Translations under genes and position numbers: made by a program | Shown here: piece after piece, positions 36,279 through 45,743 of the stretch | Position numbering within the stretch: position 1 is the stretch's first letter | How the letters are laid out: every line of letters begins with the position of its first letter | The notes under the pieces: model-generated | Database searches by the model: none | Told to the model about the DNA's origin: nothing | The model's input: only the letters and a program-made list of their open reading frames with translations | Sequence record: PP724615.1 | Source: Escherichia phage HK6 | Reading direction: 5' to 3' (one strand) | Length of the DNA stretch: 64,000 nucleotides

Positions 36279-36889
36279 AGACTTTCCCTCAAGGAAAGTG
36301 AAATACCAGAGTAAGTACCATTGTTATTTAATGTAGAACCAAAAGAATCAGCATTCATTAGCTTAGTTCTAAATAGGATACCATTAAAAACTGGTTTTTC
36401 ACTACCCGTAGTAGTAATAAATAGGTCAGGGTATAAGGATAAGTTCCATACATTTCCTGAGCTAGTAAAATTTGTTATTTTATAGACTTTTGGGTGGTTG
36501 GATAATTTAAATAGATCTCCAGCTTTTGGTAGTCCTGTCAAGGTTCCATTAGTATTTAGTATAATCTGAGAACCTTTCTGTCCTGCTGGTATAGTAACAC
36601 TTTTAGTATCACCACGTACTCTAAATGCTTCATACTGAGGTAGAAGTACTTCTAGGTAATCTCCAGTTCTTTTATATTCTAAAATTTTAGAATCTAGGAA
36701 CGCATATTCATCTGGGAAAAGTTCCGGGTATGAGATATTAATTCCCCAGTATTGAGCAGATATTTTAACCTCTTTGACTTTACCATTAGGTAATTCATCA
36801 CGAATCATAGGGTCATTATCTACTACGTTGACGCTTTCAAAACCTAACCCTGGGTACTCTGGGTTCGTGTATGGATCTGGTAGTCTCAT
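36275..36889 (-). CDS. distal tail protein (pb9-like), 204 aa
   Basis: Size and synteny (between tape measure and hub); preceded by a strong RBS AAAGAGGAGAAATTAACT. Confidence 0.45.
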   Translation of the reverse strand: MRLPDPYTNPEYPGLGFESVNVVDNDPMIRDELPNGKVKEVKISAQYWGINISYPELFPDEYAFLDSKILEYKRTGDYLEVLLPQYEAFRVRGDTKSVTIPAGQKGSQIILNTNGTLTGLPKAGDLFKLSNHPKVYKITNFTSSGNVWNLSLYPDLFITTTGSEKPVFNGILFRTKLMNADSFGSTLNNNGTYSGISLSLRESL

Positions 36890-36916
36890 AGTTAATTTCT
36901 CCTCTTTAATAACAAT

Positions 36917-36945
36917 ATTATAATAGTATTGGAAAATTTTATCAA
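36917..36945 (-). promoter_or_regulatory. consensus-like sigma70 promoter (TTGATA-17-TATAAT) upstream of the pb9-like gene
   Basis: Minus-strand TTGATA (36945-36940), 17-nt spacer, TATAAT (36922-36917), followed by ATTGTTATTAAAGAGGAGAAATTAACT ATG. Confidence 0.5.
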
Positions 36946-36954
36946 GAAATTTTT

Positions 36955-36991
36955 ATTTTTCCATAAAGAAAAGGAGGACATAAAGTCCTCC
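36955..36991 (-). terminator. rho-independent terminator after the tape measure gene
   Basis: Minus-strand hairpin GGAGGACTTTATGTCCTCC followed by TTTTCTTTATGG. Confidence 0.5.
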
Positions 36992-36998
36992 TCCAATA

Positions 36999-39900
36999 TT
37001 ACATATTACCAAGAGATTTAAGGGTGGATCCATTCTCATTAAGAGCCAGTTCCACGGCATCTCTTAAAGCAGTGCTGTTATTCGATGCAAAATCTCTAAA
37101 GCTAGCAGCATCCATTGTGCTAATATTCAGAATGATTGGTCTTCCAGAGGTAGTCTTTGATCCATCGGAAAGCTGATCATTAGGTGTGGCTTTCATAGGA
37201 ACCATAGGAGTTACTACTTCGGTACCATGCTCACCCATTTGATAGCTAACTCCAGGATACATCATACCACCTTCAGCACGCGGAACAAATGAGTTAGCAT
37301 TACCAACACCTTTATCACCACGTAAGTAGGATAATTCTCCTGAACTAGCCTGCATAGATACATCAACGTTCTTCTGTCGCTCACCTAAAGTTAGGTACTG
37401 AGTAGTATCTGCTCCAGAATCTGCAATAGAAGACATACCAGATGCAGAAGATGCTTGAGCAAGAGCTAAGGCACCTGCCAAACCTGCCGCCACCATCAAA
37501 GGAATAGAGAACGGGTATGGTACAGCTGTTGCCGCTTGCATTACTGCTACTGCAGTTTGGATGATAATCTGCTTCTTAGCTGCGTCTTGTTGAATCTTCA
37601 GCTTTTCAGCTTCCAACTTCTTCAACTTAGCTTTAGATGCTTCTGATTTACCATCACGTTTCTGCTCTGCTGCAATAGCTTGATCAATGGCACTAACCTG
37701 CTGGCTAGTACTATATTGAATCATAGAGGCTACAGTCTGCATACCGGAAGCAATCATAGACGTAGTATCTAGAGACCCCTGAGAGAACTGAATCATAGCA
37801 TTAGTTAAATTACCCATGCTTTGAGCTACAGCAGTAGCTTCGGAATTTAACTCAGATAGTTTAGAAATTGCTTGGTCATAGGAAGACATCCTATTCTGCA
37901 TATCAGCAAAATCTTTATCCTCTCCAGATAGCCCAGTTGTAGGAGTATACGTAGCTCCTACGGAAGAACCTACCTGTTGCTGCATCTGACTTTCTCTCTG
38001 CTTCCTAAGTTGCTCTAAAGCAGCTGCAGTTTTATAAATCTCATTGCGATACTTAAGCTCTTCTTCAGTATTGCCCTTAGACAGCTCCAGCTGTTGCTGC
38101 AGAATGGATAACCTTTCAGTGAGAATCTGAGACTGGCCAGTAACATTTCTCTGCGTTTGGCTAACCTCTAAGGCATCCATGAGAGCTGACACATGAGTAG
38201 CGGTAGCCTGTTTCTCTGCTTCCCATAGTTCTCTACTTATTTGTGCTTGAGCACGTCTAGACTGTTCAGCCTCTTTCTGTTTGTCCGCTTGTTTTGTATA
38301 CCATTCGTACTTCTCTCTCTCTATAGTTAGTTCTAGTTTTAGCTGAGCTAGTCTATATTGAGTAGTAGTCATAGTACGGTCATTCAGAAGAGCTATCTCA
38401 CGATCTACACCAAGAATTTTATCTGTGTAATCCTTGACCTTCTTCTGGGCTTCCATACCCTGATTGGTAAGTTTAAGTTTCTCCAGCTGAATTTTTTCAA
38501 TTTCTTTTTCAACAGCTTTATTCCCCTGGTTTGTTTGAAGAACGCGGCGTAAAGCAGCTTCTTGCTCTTCTAACTGTTGTAATTCTAAACGCCTACCGGC
38601 TTCCTGTGCCTTTTCTTTATCCTTAGTTTGATTGTATACATCAGCTATCTTCTGTTGAACTGCTAACTGATTTTTAGTTTCATTACCAGTTAGTTTAACA
38701 TACTCAGATAGAGCCTGAGACGCAGTTTTCATTTCAGACAGAGTGTTATACCCCAGGTTAAGGTTTTTAACATACTCATCTGCACTTTTACCAGTACCTA
38801 GAGATAGAGATTCTATGTTTTTTATAGCATCTGCTAAAGTAGCACTAGTCTTAGCAGCAGTATCTGTATTCTGAGCAACGTTCTGTATATCATTAGCTAA
38901 GTCACTAGCAGTTTTCTTAGTCTGATTATATGCTTTTTGTTGTTCAGTTAGTCCTTTTAATACAGTAGAGTTAAAATCGTATACAGCATCAGGATCAGTA
39001 GTATCTCTCTGTAGATTAATCTGTTTCTGAAACTCTGGATTAGCCTTTGCAGCAGCAGCCCCAGCAGCTTGATACGCTGATTTCCAAGCAGTAAGATTCT
39101 CTGTAGAATCAGTAACTTCTTTATCCAAGCGTGCTACTTGTAGTCCCATAGCGGCGGTTTCTGCTACAAATTGTTTATTAGCTTCCGAAGCACCTGCTGC
39201 TGCAAGACCAACAGGAATACCTTCACCAACTTGACGTATAGCTAATTTTGTATAGAAATCTGCTTGTTCCATTCGTTTATCGAACTCAGATTTTAGCTTA
39301 TTACGCTTATCAAGAGATTCCTTATACATATCTAGAGCTTTATTATAGCCCTCTTCAGAAGCGGCCAAACTTAAAGCAACAGCACCAACGTTAGTAGGAT
39401 CTATCTGTCTATTAGTTTTTTCTTGAGCTCTAGCTGCTTCAGCAGATACAGAAGCCTGAGAAGTATAAAATACTGTGTTGATAGCATCAATTACTGGCCC
39501 TAGGTATTTAGCAGCAGCTTGTTGTATTGTTCTTAGTGCAGCATCTGCGTTAGCAGCAAATTGCTCCCACGGAGTAGCACGTAAAACTTCATCTAAGTAA
39601 CCAAAACGTTTAGTAGATTCTGCTATAACAGCATTGGCATACGCTTGCTGTTTCTGGAAGGTAGTAAGGCTATTAATATTATATGTTATACCTGTGTTTG
39701 CAGCATTTAACTGTTTAACGTAATCAGCATAAGCATCGTTAAGACGAATAGTAACACCAAGTTCATCCAGAAGTTCGATTTCTTGTTTAGATACACCCTT
39801 AATTACACGGTTAAGTGCATCAGTCATATCAACGCCAAGAACAGCAGCAGCACGACGAGCTACTAAACCAAATTTATTAAGTTGTTCGGCATCAAATCCA

Positions 39901-40679
39901 TAAGCAGATGCTGAAGATGCCTGTCTCATTGCTTCTTCAAAAGAGATTGCATAGCCAGCTGCCTCTTGTAGTGATCTAGCAAGGGACTGAACAGGAGTAC
40001 CTGTCTGAGTACCTACTATAACACCAAATTTTTCTAGACGATTTAACTGATCACCTAGTTTAAGTTGTTCGAATGCAGATTGCAAAACGAAGATGTTGGA
40101 AGCAATAGCAGCGTATAACAGTGGTAAACCACCACCTACCTTAGCCATTGCCGCAAAATCACGAGTTGCACCACGTGCTGAACCAGAAGTATTACCAATG
40201 GCTCTAGAAGCTCTACCAGCGGCACCAGCAGTATCATTAAAACCTCTAGCTGTACCGCCTAAAACTCTATTGGTATCATACAATCTATCTTGAACTTTTT
40301 CTGTTGCAGCTGCAACATCATTACCCATTGCTTTAACAGATCTAGAAACTCCATCGAATCCAATCTCTAGTTTATCTGTTACTTCAATAAGTTGGATAGC
40401 CAGGTAATCTAGCTTATCACCAATACCATCAATGGATTTAGTGATACCAGCCATACCCCTACTAGCTTGCATTTTAGTAAGACTTTTTGCTGCCCTATCC
40501 GCTGCCCTCTCAATGGAGTAAAGGGTTTTGGGCATTTTACCTAACTGCTCATTTGTCAGTTCGGAAGCAGCAGCAGCGTTTTCCAACGCATCAGATACGT
40601 TTTCAATAGACTTTGCAGTACGAGTTGCCCCCTTCTGCTTAACGTCTATTAGTAATTCTCGTATTAGCTTATCAGTCAT
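36999..40679 (-). CDS. tail tape measure protein (pb2-like), 1226 aa
   Basis: Very long Ala/Gln/Glu-rich coiled-coil protein with hydrophobic segments near the C-terminus (PYPFSIPLMVAAGLAGALALA), placed between chaperone-like ORFs and baseplate genes. Confidence 0.8.
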   Translation of the reverse strand: MTDKLIRELLIDVKQKGATRTAKSIENVSDALENAAAASELTNEQLGKMPKTLYSIERAADRAAKSLTKMQASRGMAGITKSIDGIGDKLDYLAIQLIEVTDKLEIGFDGVSRSVKAMGNDVAAATEKVQDRLYDTNRVLGGTARGFNDTAGAAGRASRAIGNTSGSARGATRDFAAMAKVGGGLPLLYAAIASNIFVLQSAFEQLKLGDQLNRLEKFGVIVGTQTGTPVQSLARSLQEAAGYAISFEEAMRQASSASAYGFDAEQLNKFGLVARRAAAVLGVDMTDALNRVIKGVSKQEIELLDELGVTIRLNDAYADYVKQLNAANTGITYNINSLTTFQKQQAYANAVIAESTKRFGYLDEVLRATPWEQFAANADAALRTIQQAAAKYLGPVIDAINTVFYTSQASVSAEAARAQEKTNRQIDPTNVGAVALSLAASEEGYNKALDMYKESLDKRNKLKSEFDKRMEQADFYTKLAIRQVGEGIPVGLAAAGASEANKQFVAETAAMGLQVARLDKEVTDSTENLTAWKSAYQAAGAAAAKANPEFQKQINLQRDTTDPDAVYDFNSTVLKGLTEQQKAYNQTKKTASDLANDIQNVAQNTDTAAKTSATLADAIKNIESLSLGTGKSADEYVKNLNLGYNTLSEMKTASQALSEYVKLTGNETKNQLAVQQKIADVYNQTKDKEKAQEAGRRLELQQLEEQEAALRRVLQTNQGNKAVEKEIEKIQLEKLKLTNQGMEAQKKVKDYTDKILGVDREIALLNDRTMTTTQYRLAQLKLELTIEREKYEWYTKQADKQKEAEQSRRAQAQISRELWEAEKQATATHVSALMDALEVSQTQRNVTGQSQILTERLSILQQQLELSKGNTEEELKYRNEIYKTAAALEQLRKQRESQMQQQVGSSVGATYTPTTGLSGEDKDFADMQNRMSSYDQAISKLSELNSEATAVAQSMGNLTNAMIQFSQGSLDTTSMIASGMQTVASMIQYSTSQQVSAIDQAIAAEQKRDGKSEASKAKLKKLEAEKLKIQQDAAKKQIIIQTAVAVMQAATAVPYPFSIPLMVAAGLAGALALAQASSASGMSSIADSGADTTQYLTLGERQKNVDVSMQASSGELSYLRGDKGVGNANSFVPRAEGGMMYPGVSYQMGEHGTEVVTPMVPMKATPNDQLSDGSKTTSGRPIILNISTMDAASFRDFASNNSTALRDAVELALNENGSTLKSLGNM

Positions 40680-40689
40680 GTTTTATTTT

Positions 40690-40727
40690 TCCCAATAAAA
40701 AAGGCTCTGGGCAAATCACCCAGAGCC
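40690..40727 (-). terminator. rho-independent terminator immediately upstream of the tape measure start
   Basis: Minus-strand hairpin GGCTCTGGGTGATTTGCCCAGAGCC followed by TTTTTTATTGGGAAAAATAAAAC then ATG. Confidence 0.6.
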
Positions 40728-40762
40728 AAGCCTCATCGTGGAACGCCCATTGGAGGAAACTT

Positions 40763-41131
40763 TTACCGTGCTCGAGATTTAGCATGTGGCTTAACGTTAG
40801 GAATCCTTCCGTTTTGCGGTTTATGCTTCTCAGCACGTTTACGTGCAGCATCTACAGCTTTAGCATCAAATATATTGATAATGTGTAGAACAAATTCTTT
40901 TTCTATAGGATCAGTAATCCCATAAATATCAAATAAAACACCTAATGCAGCCTTATCCTTACCTATAAAAATAGGAAAGTCACCCGGTATGAAACAGTCA
41001 ATTAGACTGTTATAAATATTCATACTAATAGCTACAATAGGTGGAAAATCCTCAAGTTCAACGGGCATAGCCTTAGGATCAGGCTCTATACCCATTGACT
41101 CACAAAGTATTAAATATTGTTGTTTGGTCAT
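40763..41131 (-). CDS. hypothetical protein, candidate tail assembly chaperone, 122 aa
   Basis: Position between the major tail tube gene and the tape measure gene; no motif. Confidence 0.3.
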   Translation of the reverse strand: MTKQQYLILCESMGIEPDPKAMPVELEDFPPIVAISMNIYNSLIDCFIPGDFPIFIGKDKAALGVLFDIYGITDPIEKEFVLHIINIFDAKAVDAARKRAEKHKPQNGRIPNVKPHAKSRAR

Positions 41132-41192
41132 TTTAGATGCTGAGCTTTTAATACATTTATCTGCAAAATCAGCAACAGCATCTAGAAGTTCT

Positions 41193-41597
41193 TTACGCTT
41201 TTGCGCTACGAAAAGTGTCTAAGTGGAACACTGTCTGGTTGATCCAAGAATCAAACGCAGCAGAGTTCTGCATAAGCATTACAGCATTATCGCGACTAAA
41301 AGGAACTTCAGTCTCAGGATCAGCATCTGTTTCAATCAGCATCAGTTTTTCAACGTCACCTACAGTCAAACCAGTCCAACCTTTAATAGCAGCATCAACG
41401 AAGGCTTCAATGAACTTATCATCATCCTGTACCTGAATCAAAGTACCATTAACCCACTCATCACGCTTAGCAGAAGTGATAACTCGTTTAGAAGTAGCAC
41501 GAGACATATAATTAAGCTCTAGCTTAAAATTCGGCATACCTGGGTATGAGAGAGTGACAGTACGAGTTTCTAGAGTAATATCTTTTAAGTTAATCAT
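41193..41597 (-). CDS. hypothetical protein, candidate tail assembly chaperone, 134 aa
   Basis: Position between the major tail tube gene and the tape measure gene; acidic. Confidence 0.3.
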   Translation of the reverse strand: MINLKDITLETRTVTLSYPGMPNFKLELNYMSRATSKRVITSAKRDEWVNGTLIQVQDDDKFIEAFVDAAIKGWTGLTVGDVEKLMLIETDADPETEVPFSRDNAVMLMQNSAAFDSWINQTVFHLDTFRSAKA

Positions 41598-42493
41598 TAT
41601 TTTCTTTCTCCAAAGAAGTTTATTTCTACAGGATCTGAATCAGCAGTAGGTATTACATCATACTCTACCTGATACAAATCTGAGAAGTTTAGGCGTTTTG
41701 AAATACGTGCTAAAGGGAATGTTATAGAAACATATTTATTCTTAATAATTAGTGGAGTTCTTGTTTCAGGGTCTAGATTCAAGAACTTATCTCCTACCAA
41801 TCTCTTAACGTAATAGAAAGCTAGCGTTGCGGAAGCATTCATTTCATTGACATAAGCTCGTTTATTAGTATAAACTTTATTTATATCAAATATACTTCTA
41901 TCTTCTCTCCAAGAACATTGTTGCTGGAAGGACATAGATGCTGAAACTAATGCAGGCAATGGTGCGCTATTAGTATACACAGCTGGAGGACTATATGGAA
42001 GTACTTCACCTTGTGTAATTGTATATCCATCGCGGAAAGTAGATACTTCAGAGAATTTTCCAGACTCAATACCAACATTTAGGATCGGTATACTCTTATC
42101 TAGAGAAAAATCAACTGTTGATACATAACAGTTTTCGAAATAAATACAGCTATTATTAGGATTAATAATATACATATTGAACATAATAGGTTCAATATTG
42201 GGAGTATTTCTTGGCAAAAATAAAGAATTTCCCTCACGCGTGAATCCCATCCAATCAAAGAAATTAGACTCAATAAGCGTAGTACTGAAATTTATTGCCA
42301 ATGAAATAGATGAAGGATCTTGAGCATTAATAATAGAGTCTGCATAGTTTGTACGATTATGGATAGTACGTCTAAGAGTTTTAAACTCTTGAAAAGACGT
42401 ACTAGCATCATAGTTAGAGAGGGCATCGAAATGATACCCTCTACCATCGTACTCAATAACTATTTTAGACTCTCGCATGAGAGAATAAAACAT
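41597..42493 (-). CDS. tail-associated structural protein, 298 aa
   Basis: Synteny (directly downstream of the major tail tube gene). Confidence 0.4.
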   Translation of the reverse strand: MFYSLMRESKIVIEYDGRGYHFDALSNYDASTSFQEFKTLRRTIHNRTNYADSIINAQDPSSISLAINFSTTLIESNFFDWMGFTREGNSLFLPRNTPNIEPIMFNMYIINPNNSCIYFENCYVSTVDFSLDKSIPILNVGIESGKFSEVSTFRDGYTITQGEVLPYSPPAVYTNSAPLPALVSASMSFQQQCSWREDRSIFDINKVYTNKRAYVNEMNASATLAFYYVKRLVGDKFLNLDPETRTPLIIKNKYVSITFPLARISKRLNFSDLYQVEYDVIPTADSDPVEINFFGERK

Positions 42494-42497
42494 TTAA

Positions 42498-43889
42498 TTA
42501 ACCACCTGTTACAGTAATCTGTTTAGTGCCTTTAACTCCAGAACCATCTTTAGCAGTAGCTTCTACAGTTACTGCACCAGTTTTACTAGCATGTGCTGTT
42601 AACAGTCCGGTTGCACTGATAGTAGCTGCATCACCGGCAGTGATAGCCCAAGTAACTTCCTTATTATTTGCGGAAGAAGGAGTAACTTCAACACTCATCT
42701 GAAGAGTAGCCGAGTTGTTTACTGTAGTAGCATCACCGGCAGATTTAACAGTAATTGCGGTTACAGCATCAGTAGCACCATTACCATTAACAATCAAGTT
42801 ATTAATAGTTGTTTTGGTATATTTACTAGAGAAGCCTAAGTAACCTTCATCACCAGCATCCAGATCAGATGGAATAGCCTTAAACTCTACTGAAGTACCA
42901 AGTACATCATCAGTTTCAATAGTAGGAATATTAACGTGGGCTTGTTTAGCTACTAGAATAGCTGCAGGACGTTCATCATCATACTCACCACCAAGTACTA
43001 GAGCGATTTCGAAGCGGTTAACTACCTTCAGAGTTTTGATAAGATCTTTATACAGTTCCATAGAACCAAGAGATTTATCATTCAGATAAGCAGTTAATGA
43101 ACCAGTTAATTCAAAAGCACCAGTAAAGGAACCAATTGGAATAGTGACACGGGACATTACATTAGGTGTTAAATAAGTAATGTTGTTGTTAATAGTAAAA
43201 GTACCACCGGTAATAGGTATGTCATAAGACTTATTGGTATCCATGTCCTTGATCTTCAAGATCGTTAGTTTGTTCTTAATATAAGAACCCTGGATAGTCA
43301 TATAAGTTTCATCATCAATACCTAGTTGATCTGGATCAAATGGGGCGGAATCCAGAGGAATAAGCTGATTACCATTACCAGACCAAGTTACACGGCCAAT
43401 ATCTTCAATATCAACGTTAACTTCTGCCTGATTAATCTGACAGGAATCGATATAACTCCATGCTTTATCAGTCAGAATATAAATATGTAACATTGCTAAC
43501 TCGTGATAAGAGTTATCTTTGAAGTTAACCATGAAGTTAGCTTCGTTATTGTGTGCCCCTGTATTACCTTCTAGATTAATAGCTTTACCACTAGAAAGTG
43601 CATGCCATAACATATAGTCAGGAACAATTTGTTTGTTGGTAGTTTTATCTTTATACGGTAGGATGTAAGTAGAAAAACTCCACTCAGCTGCGTTTAAAGA
43701 GTCGTTAAAACGTTTAGAACCACGAGTTGGACGCGGACCAGCTTCATTAACAGTAATATCTGTTGAGTTACTGTCCTGACCCCAAGAAATATCATCCTGA
43801 ACTAGAATCTCTTGCGTGTTGGTCTTATTATGACCAGTCTTAACCGTAGACACGAAGATTCGAGTATTACGTAATAGTTGTAAAGACAT
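42498..43889 (-). CDS. major tail tube protein (pb6-like) with C-terminal Ig-like (Big_2-type) domain, 463 aa
   Basis: Size and position; C-terminal ~80 aa (ATLQMSVEVTPSSANNKEVTWAITAGDAATISATGLLTAHASKTGAVTVEATAKDGSGVKGTKQITV) has a bacterial Ig-like pattern. Confidence 0.6.
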   Translation of the reverse strand: MSLQLLRNTRIFVSTVKTGHNKTNTQEILVQDDISWGQDSNSTDITVNEAGPRPTRGSKRFNDSLNAAEWSFSTYILPYKDKTTNKQIVPDYMLWHALSSGKAINLEGNTGAHNNEANFMVNFKDNSYHELAMLHIYILTDKAWSYIDSCQINQAEVNVDIEDIGRVTWSGNGNQLIPLDSAPFDPDQLGIDDETYMTIQGSYIKNKLTILKIKDMDTNKSYDIPITGGTFTINNNITYLTPNVMSRVTIPIGSFTGAFELTGSLTAYLNDKSLGSMELYKDLIKTLKVVNRFEIALVLGGEYDDERPAAILVAKQAHVNIPTIETDDVLGTSVEFKAIPSDLDAGDEGYLGFSSKYTKTTINNLIVNGNGATDAVTAITVKSAGDATTVNNSATLQMSVEVTPSSANNKEVTWAITAGDAATISATGLLTAHASKTGAVTVEATAKDGSGVKGTKQITVTGG

Positions 43890-43915
43890 TTAATTATTTT
43901 CTCCTAATCTGTAAC

Positions 43916-44401
43916 TTATCTGCGAAGTGACCTACGTGGAGGCTGATACCTCACTGTTACATTTATTTCTGCTAAACCATATGGGGCCAGTAGACCCTCA
44001 TCTGTACTAACTGATGTAATGATCATATCAGTTGCCTCACATGGGAAGGTCGATCCATTAGGTTTACTAACAGTATATTCTAAATTTCCACCTGTGTCAA
44101 TAACGGTTTTTATATCCGCTACGAGTTTTTCAAGTTGCTCTTGAATGTCTGTTTTCTCTTTATCGTACACCAGGATTGGAAGTTCTAAAAACATCCACTG
44201 TTGGCCTGAAGGAAGATACTGCCCAGTTTCAGTTCCGATATGAACTGCCACATAAGGAAACTCTCGTATTTCCTCAAATTTATAAGTTTGACGAGAAACG
44301 TTTCCGTATAGATTATTAAAATATTCGTCAGGTTGAGAACCATCCATTTGTTTAGAGATTCGGTCAACCATAGCTTGTGCAATACTTGTTCTATGATCCA
44401 T
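43916..44401 (-). CDS. tail completion/terminator-type protein, 161 aa
   Basis: Synteny only. Confidence 0.35.
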   Translation of the reverse strand: MDHRTSIAQAMVDRISKQMDGSQPDEYFNNLYGNVSRQTYKFEEIREFPYVAVHIGTETGQYLPSGQQWMFLELPILVYDKEKTDIQEQLEKLVADIKTVIDTGGNLEYTVSKPNGSTFPCEATDMIITSVSTDEGLLAPYGLAEINVTVRYQPPRRSLRR

Positions 44402-44404
44402 TTA

Positions 44405-45172
44405 TTAGGTTCCTTGATTAACCTTAATTTTATATCTGGAGTGAATCAGGTCTCTTGCAGCTTTTGCTATAGCCTCACCAATAAGTTTTTGTGGGTTTCT
44501 AGCGCCAGGATAAGGTCGTAGAGATAATCTTCTGTATGTAGATACTGCCGGATTGAACACAGAATATGGACGAGTCATATAATTATATGTTACGTTCAAT
44601 TCAGGAGAGCCTTTACTAGCTTCAGAATCACGAAGCATAACATCTTTAATTTTTAAAGAGTTTGCAAAGCGACCCGTTCTAAACTTTAAGGGTGCTCCCG
44701 CTTTTTTCATATCCTTTATTAAGTATTCTTTAGCAACTATCTCTAATATAATCTTCATATTGCTGTTAGACACAAAACGTCCAGAAGCACCTGTTACTGC
44801 ACCAGAGTATCCATCCTCAACATCACTAGGATCACCAAAGTTTACCTGCACTCTACCAGTAGAACGTTTTTTACCTACTGAGGATTTTTTACCAGCAGTT
44901 GCTTGTATTAGATTCTCCAGAGCACCTAAATCTCCAGAAAGATCTAAACTAGAGGATACAGCTTTTAGTATAGAGGCTGTTCTAACATCAAGAAGATCTT
45001 GGGATACAGGTTTTGAAAACTTAAAAGATACTTGAGCAACAGTACCATCTCTGGTAGGATCTTTTAACCCTGTTTCAACAGAGTATACAACAGTATTCTT
45101 ATTATTTTCAGATCGGCCTGCAGTATCTAGCTGCTCTTTAATAATTTGTTTAGCTAGATCGGAAAGAGACAT
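44405..45172 (-). CDS. head-tail joining protein candidate, 255 aa
   Basis: Synteny only. Confidence 0.3.
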   Translation of the reverse strand: MSLSDLAKQIIKEQLDTAGRSENNKNTVVYSVETGLKDPTRDGTVAQVSFKFSKPVSQDLLDVRTASILKAVSSSLDLSGDLGALENLIQATAGKKSSVGKKRSTGRVQVNFGDPSDVEDGYSGAVTGASGRFVSNSNMKIILEIVAKEYLIKDMKKAGAPLKFRTGRFANSLKIKDVMLRDSEASKGSPELNVTYNYMTRPYSVFNPAVSTYRRLSLRPYPGARNPQKLIGEAIAKAARDLIHSRYKIKVNQGT

Positions 45173-45684
45173 TATACTCTCCTATATACTTCAATAATAG
45201 TACGAATATGCTCTGGAATACCAGACTTAGTGCTATTGAAGGTTACTGTTTCACCACCAATTGTTTTAGCTTGGCGATAATCTTGTTTGTGCCAATGATC
45301 TACTAGCATACATGCTGCAAGTTTGAGATCTTCAGGTATTGGATTGAATCCACCTTGTGTATATGCTACGTCCATATAACCTTCTGGAGGATTAAATTTG
45401 AGAAGGATAATACCGTCAGAGTATAGCTTATACTGCTCTGGGTCAATCTCATTATCGTTAATCGTCACTTTAGTTACGGAGGTAGCAGATGGTGAGCTCA
45501 GAAAATATTTCCTACGTGTAGGTTTTGTATTGATTAACTGGTCTACCGCATCAGCATCATCCATGCCTAGAAGGCTCGTGATCAGCGCATTGGCAGCAGT
45601 AATCATCATTTCTACACCAGATTCTAATTCAGGTCGTTTTAAACCACCATATAATCTATAATCTTCGGCTGTGATGATTTGCAT
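45172..45684 (-). CDS. head completion/adaptor protein candidate, 170 aa
   Basis: Synteny only; start codon preceded by the conserved TTTTTTATTGGGAAAAATAA element. Confidence 0.35.
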   Translation of the reverse strand: MQIITAEDYRLYGGLKRPELESGVEMMITAANALITSLLGMDDADAVDQLINTKPTRRKYFLSSPSATSVTKVTINDNEIDPEQYKLYSDGIILLKFNPPEGYMDVAYTQGGFNPIPEDLKLAACMLVDHWHKQDYRQAKTIGGETVTFNSTKSGIPEHIRTIIEVYRRV

Positions 45685-45689
45685 TTATT

Positions 45690-45725
45690 TTTCCCAATAA
45701 AAAAGGAGAGCCGAAGCTCTCCTTA
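45690..45725 (-). terminator. rho-independent terminator after the capsid gene
   Basis: Minus-strand hairpin GGAGAGCTTCGGCTCTCC followed by TTTTTTATTGGG. Confidence 0.6.
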
Positions 45726-45743
45726 TCGGCTGAAAAGCCTGTA

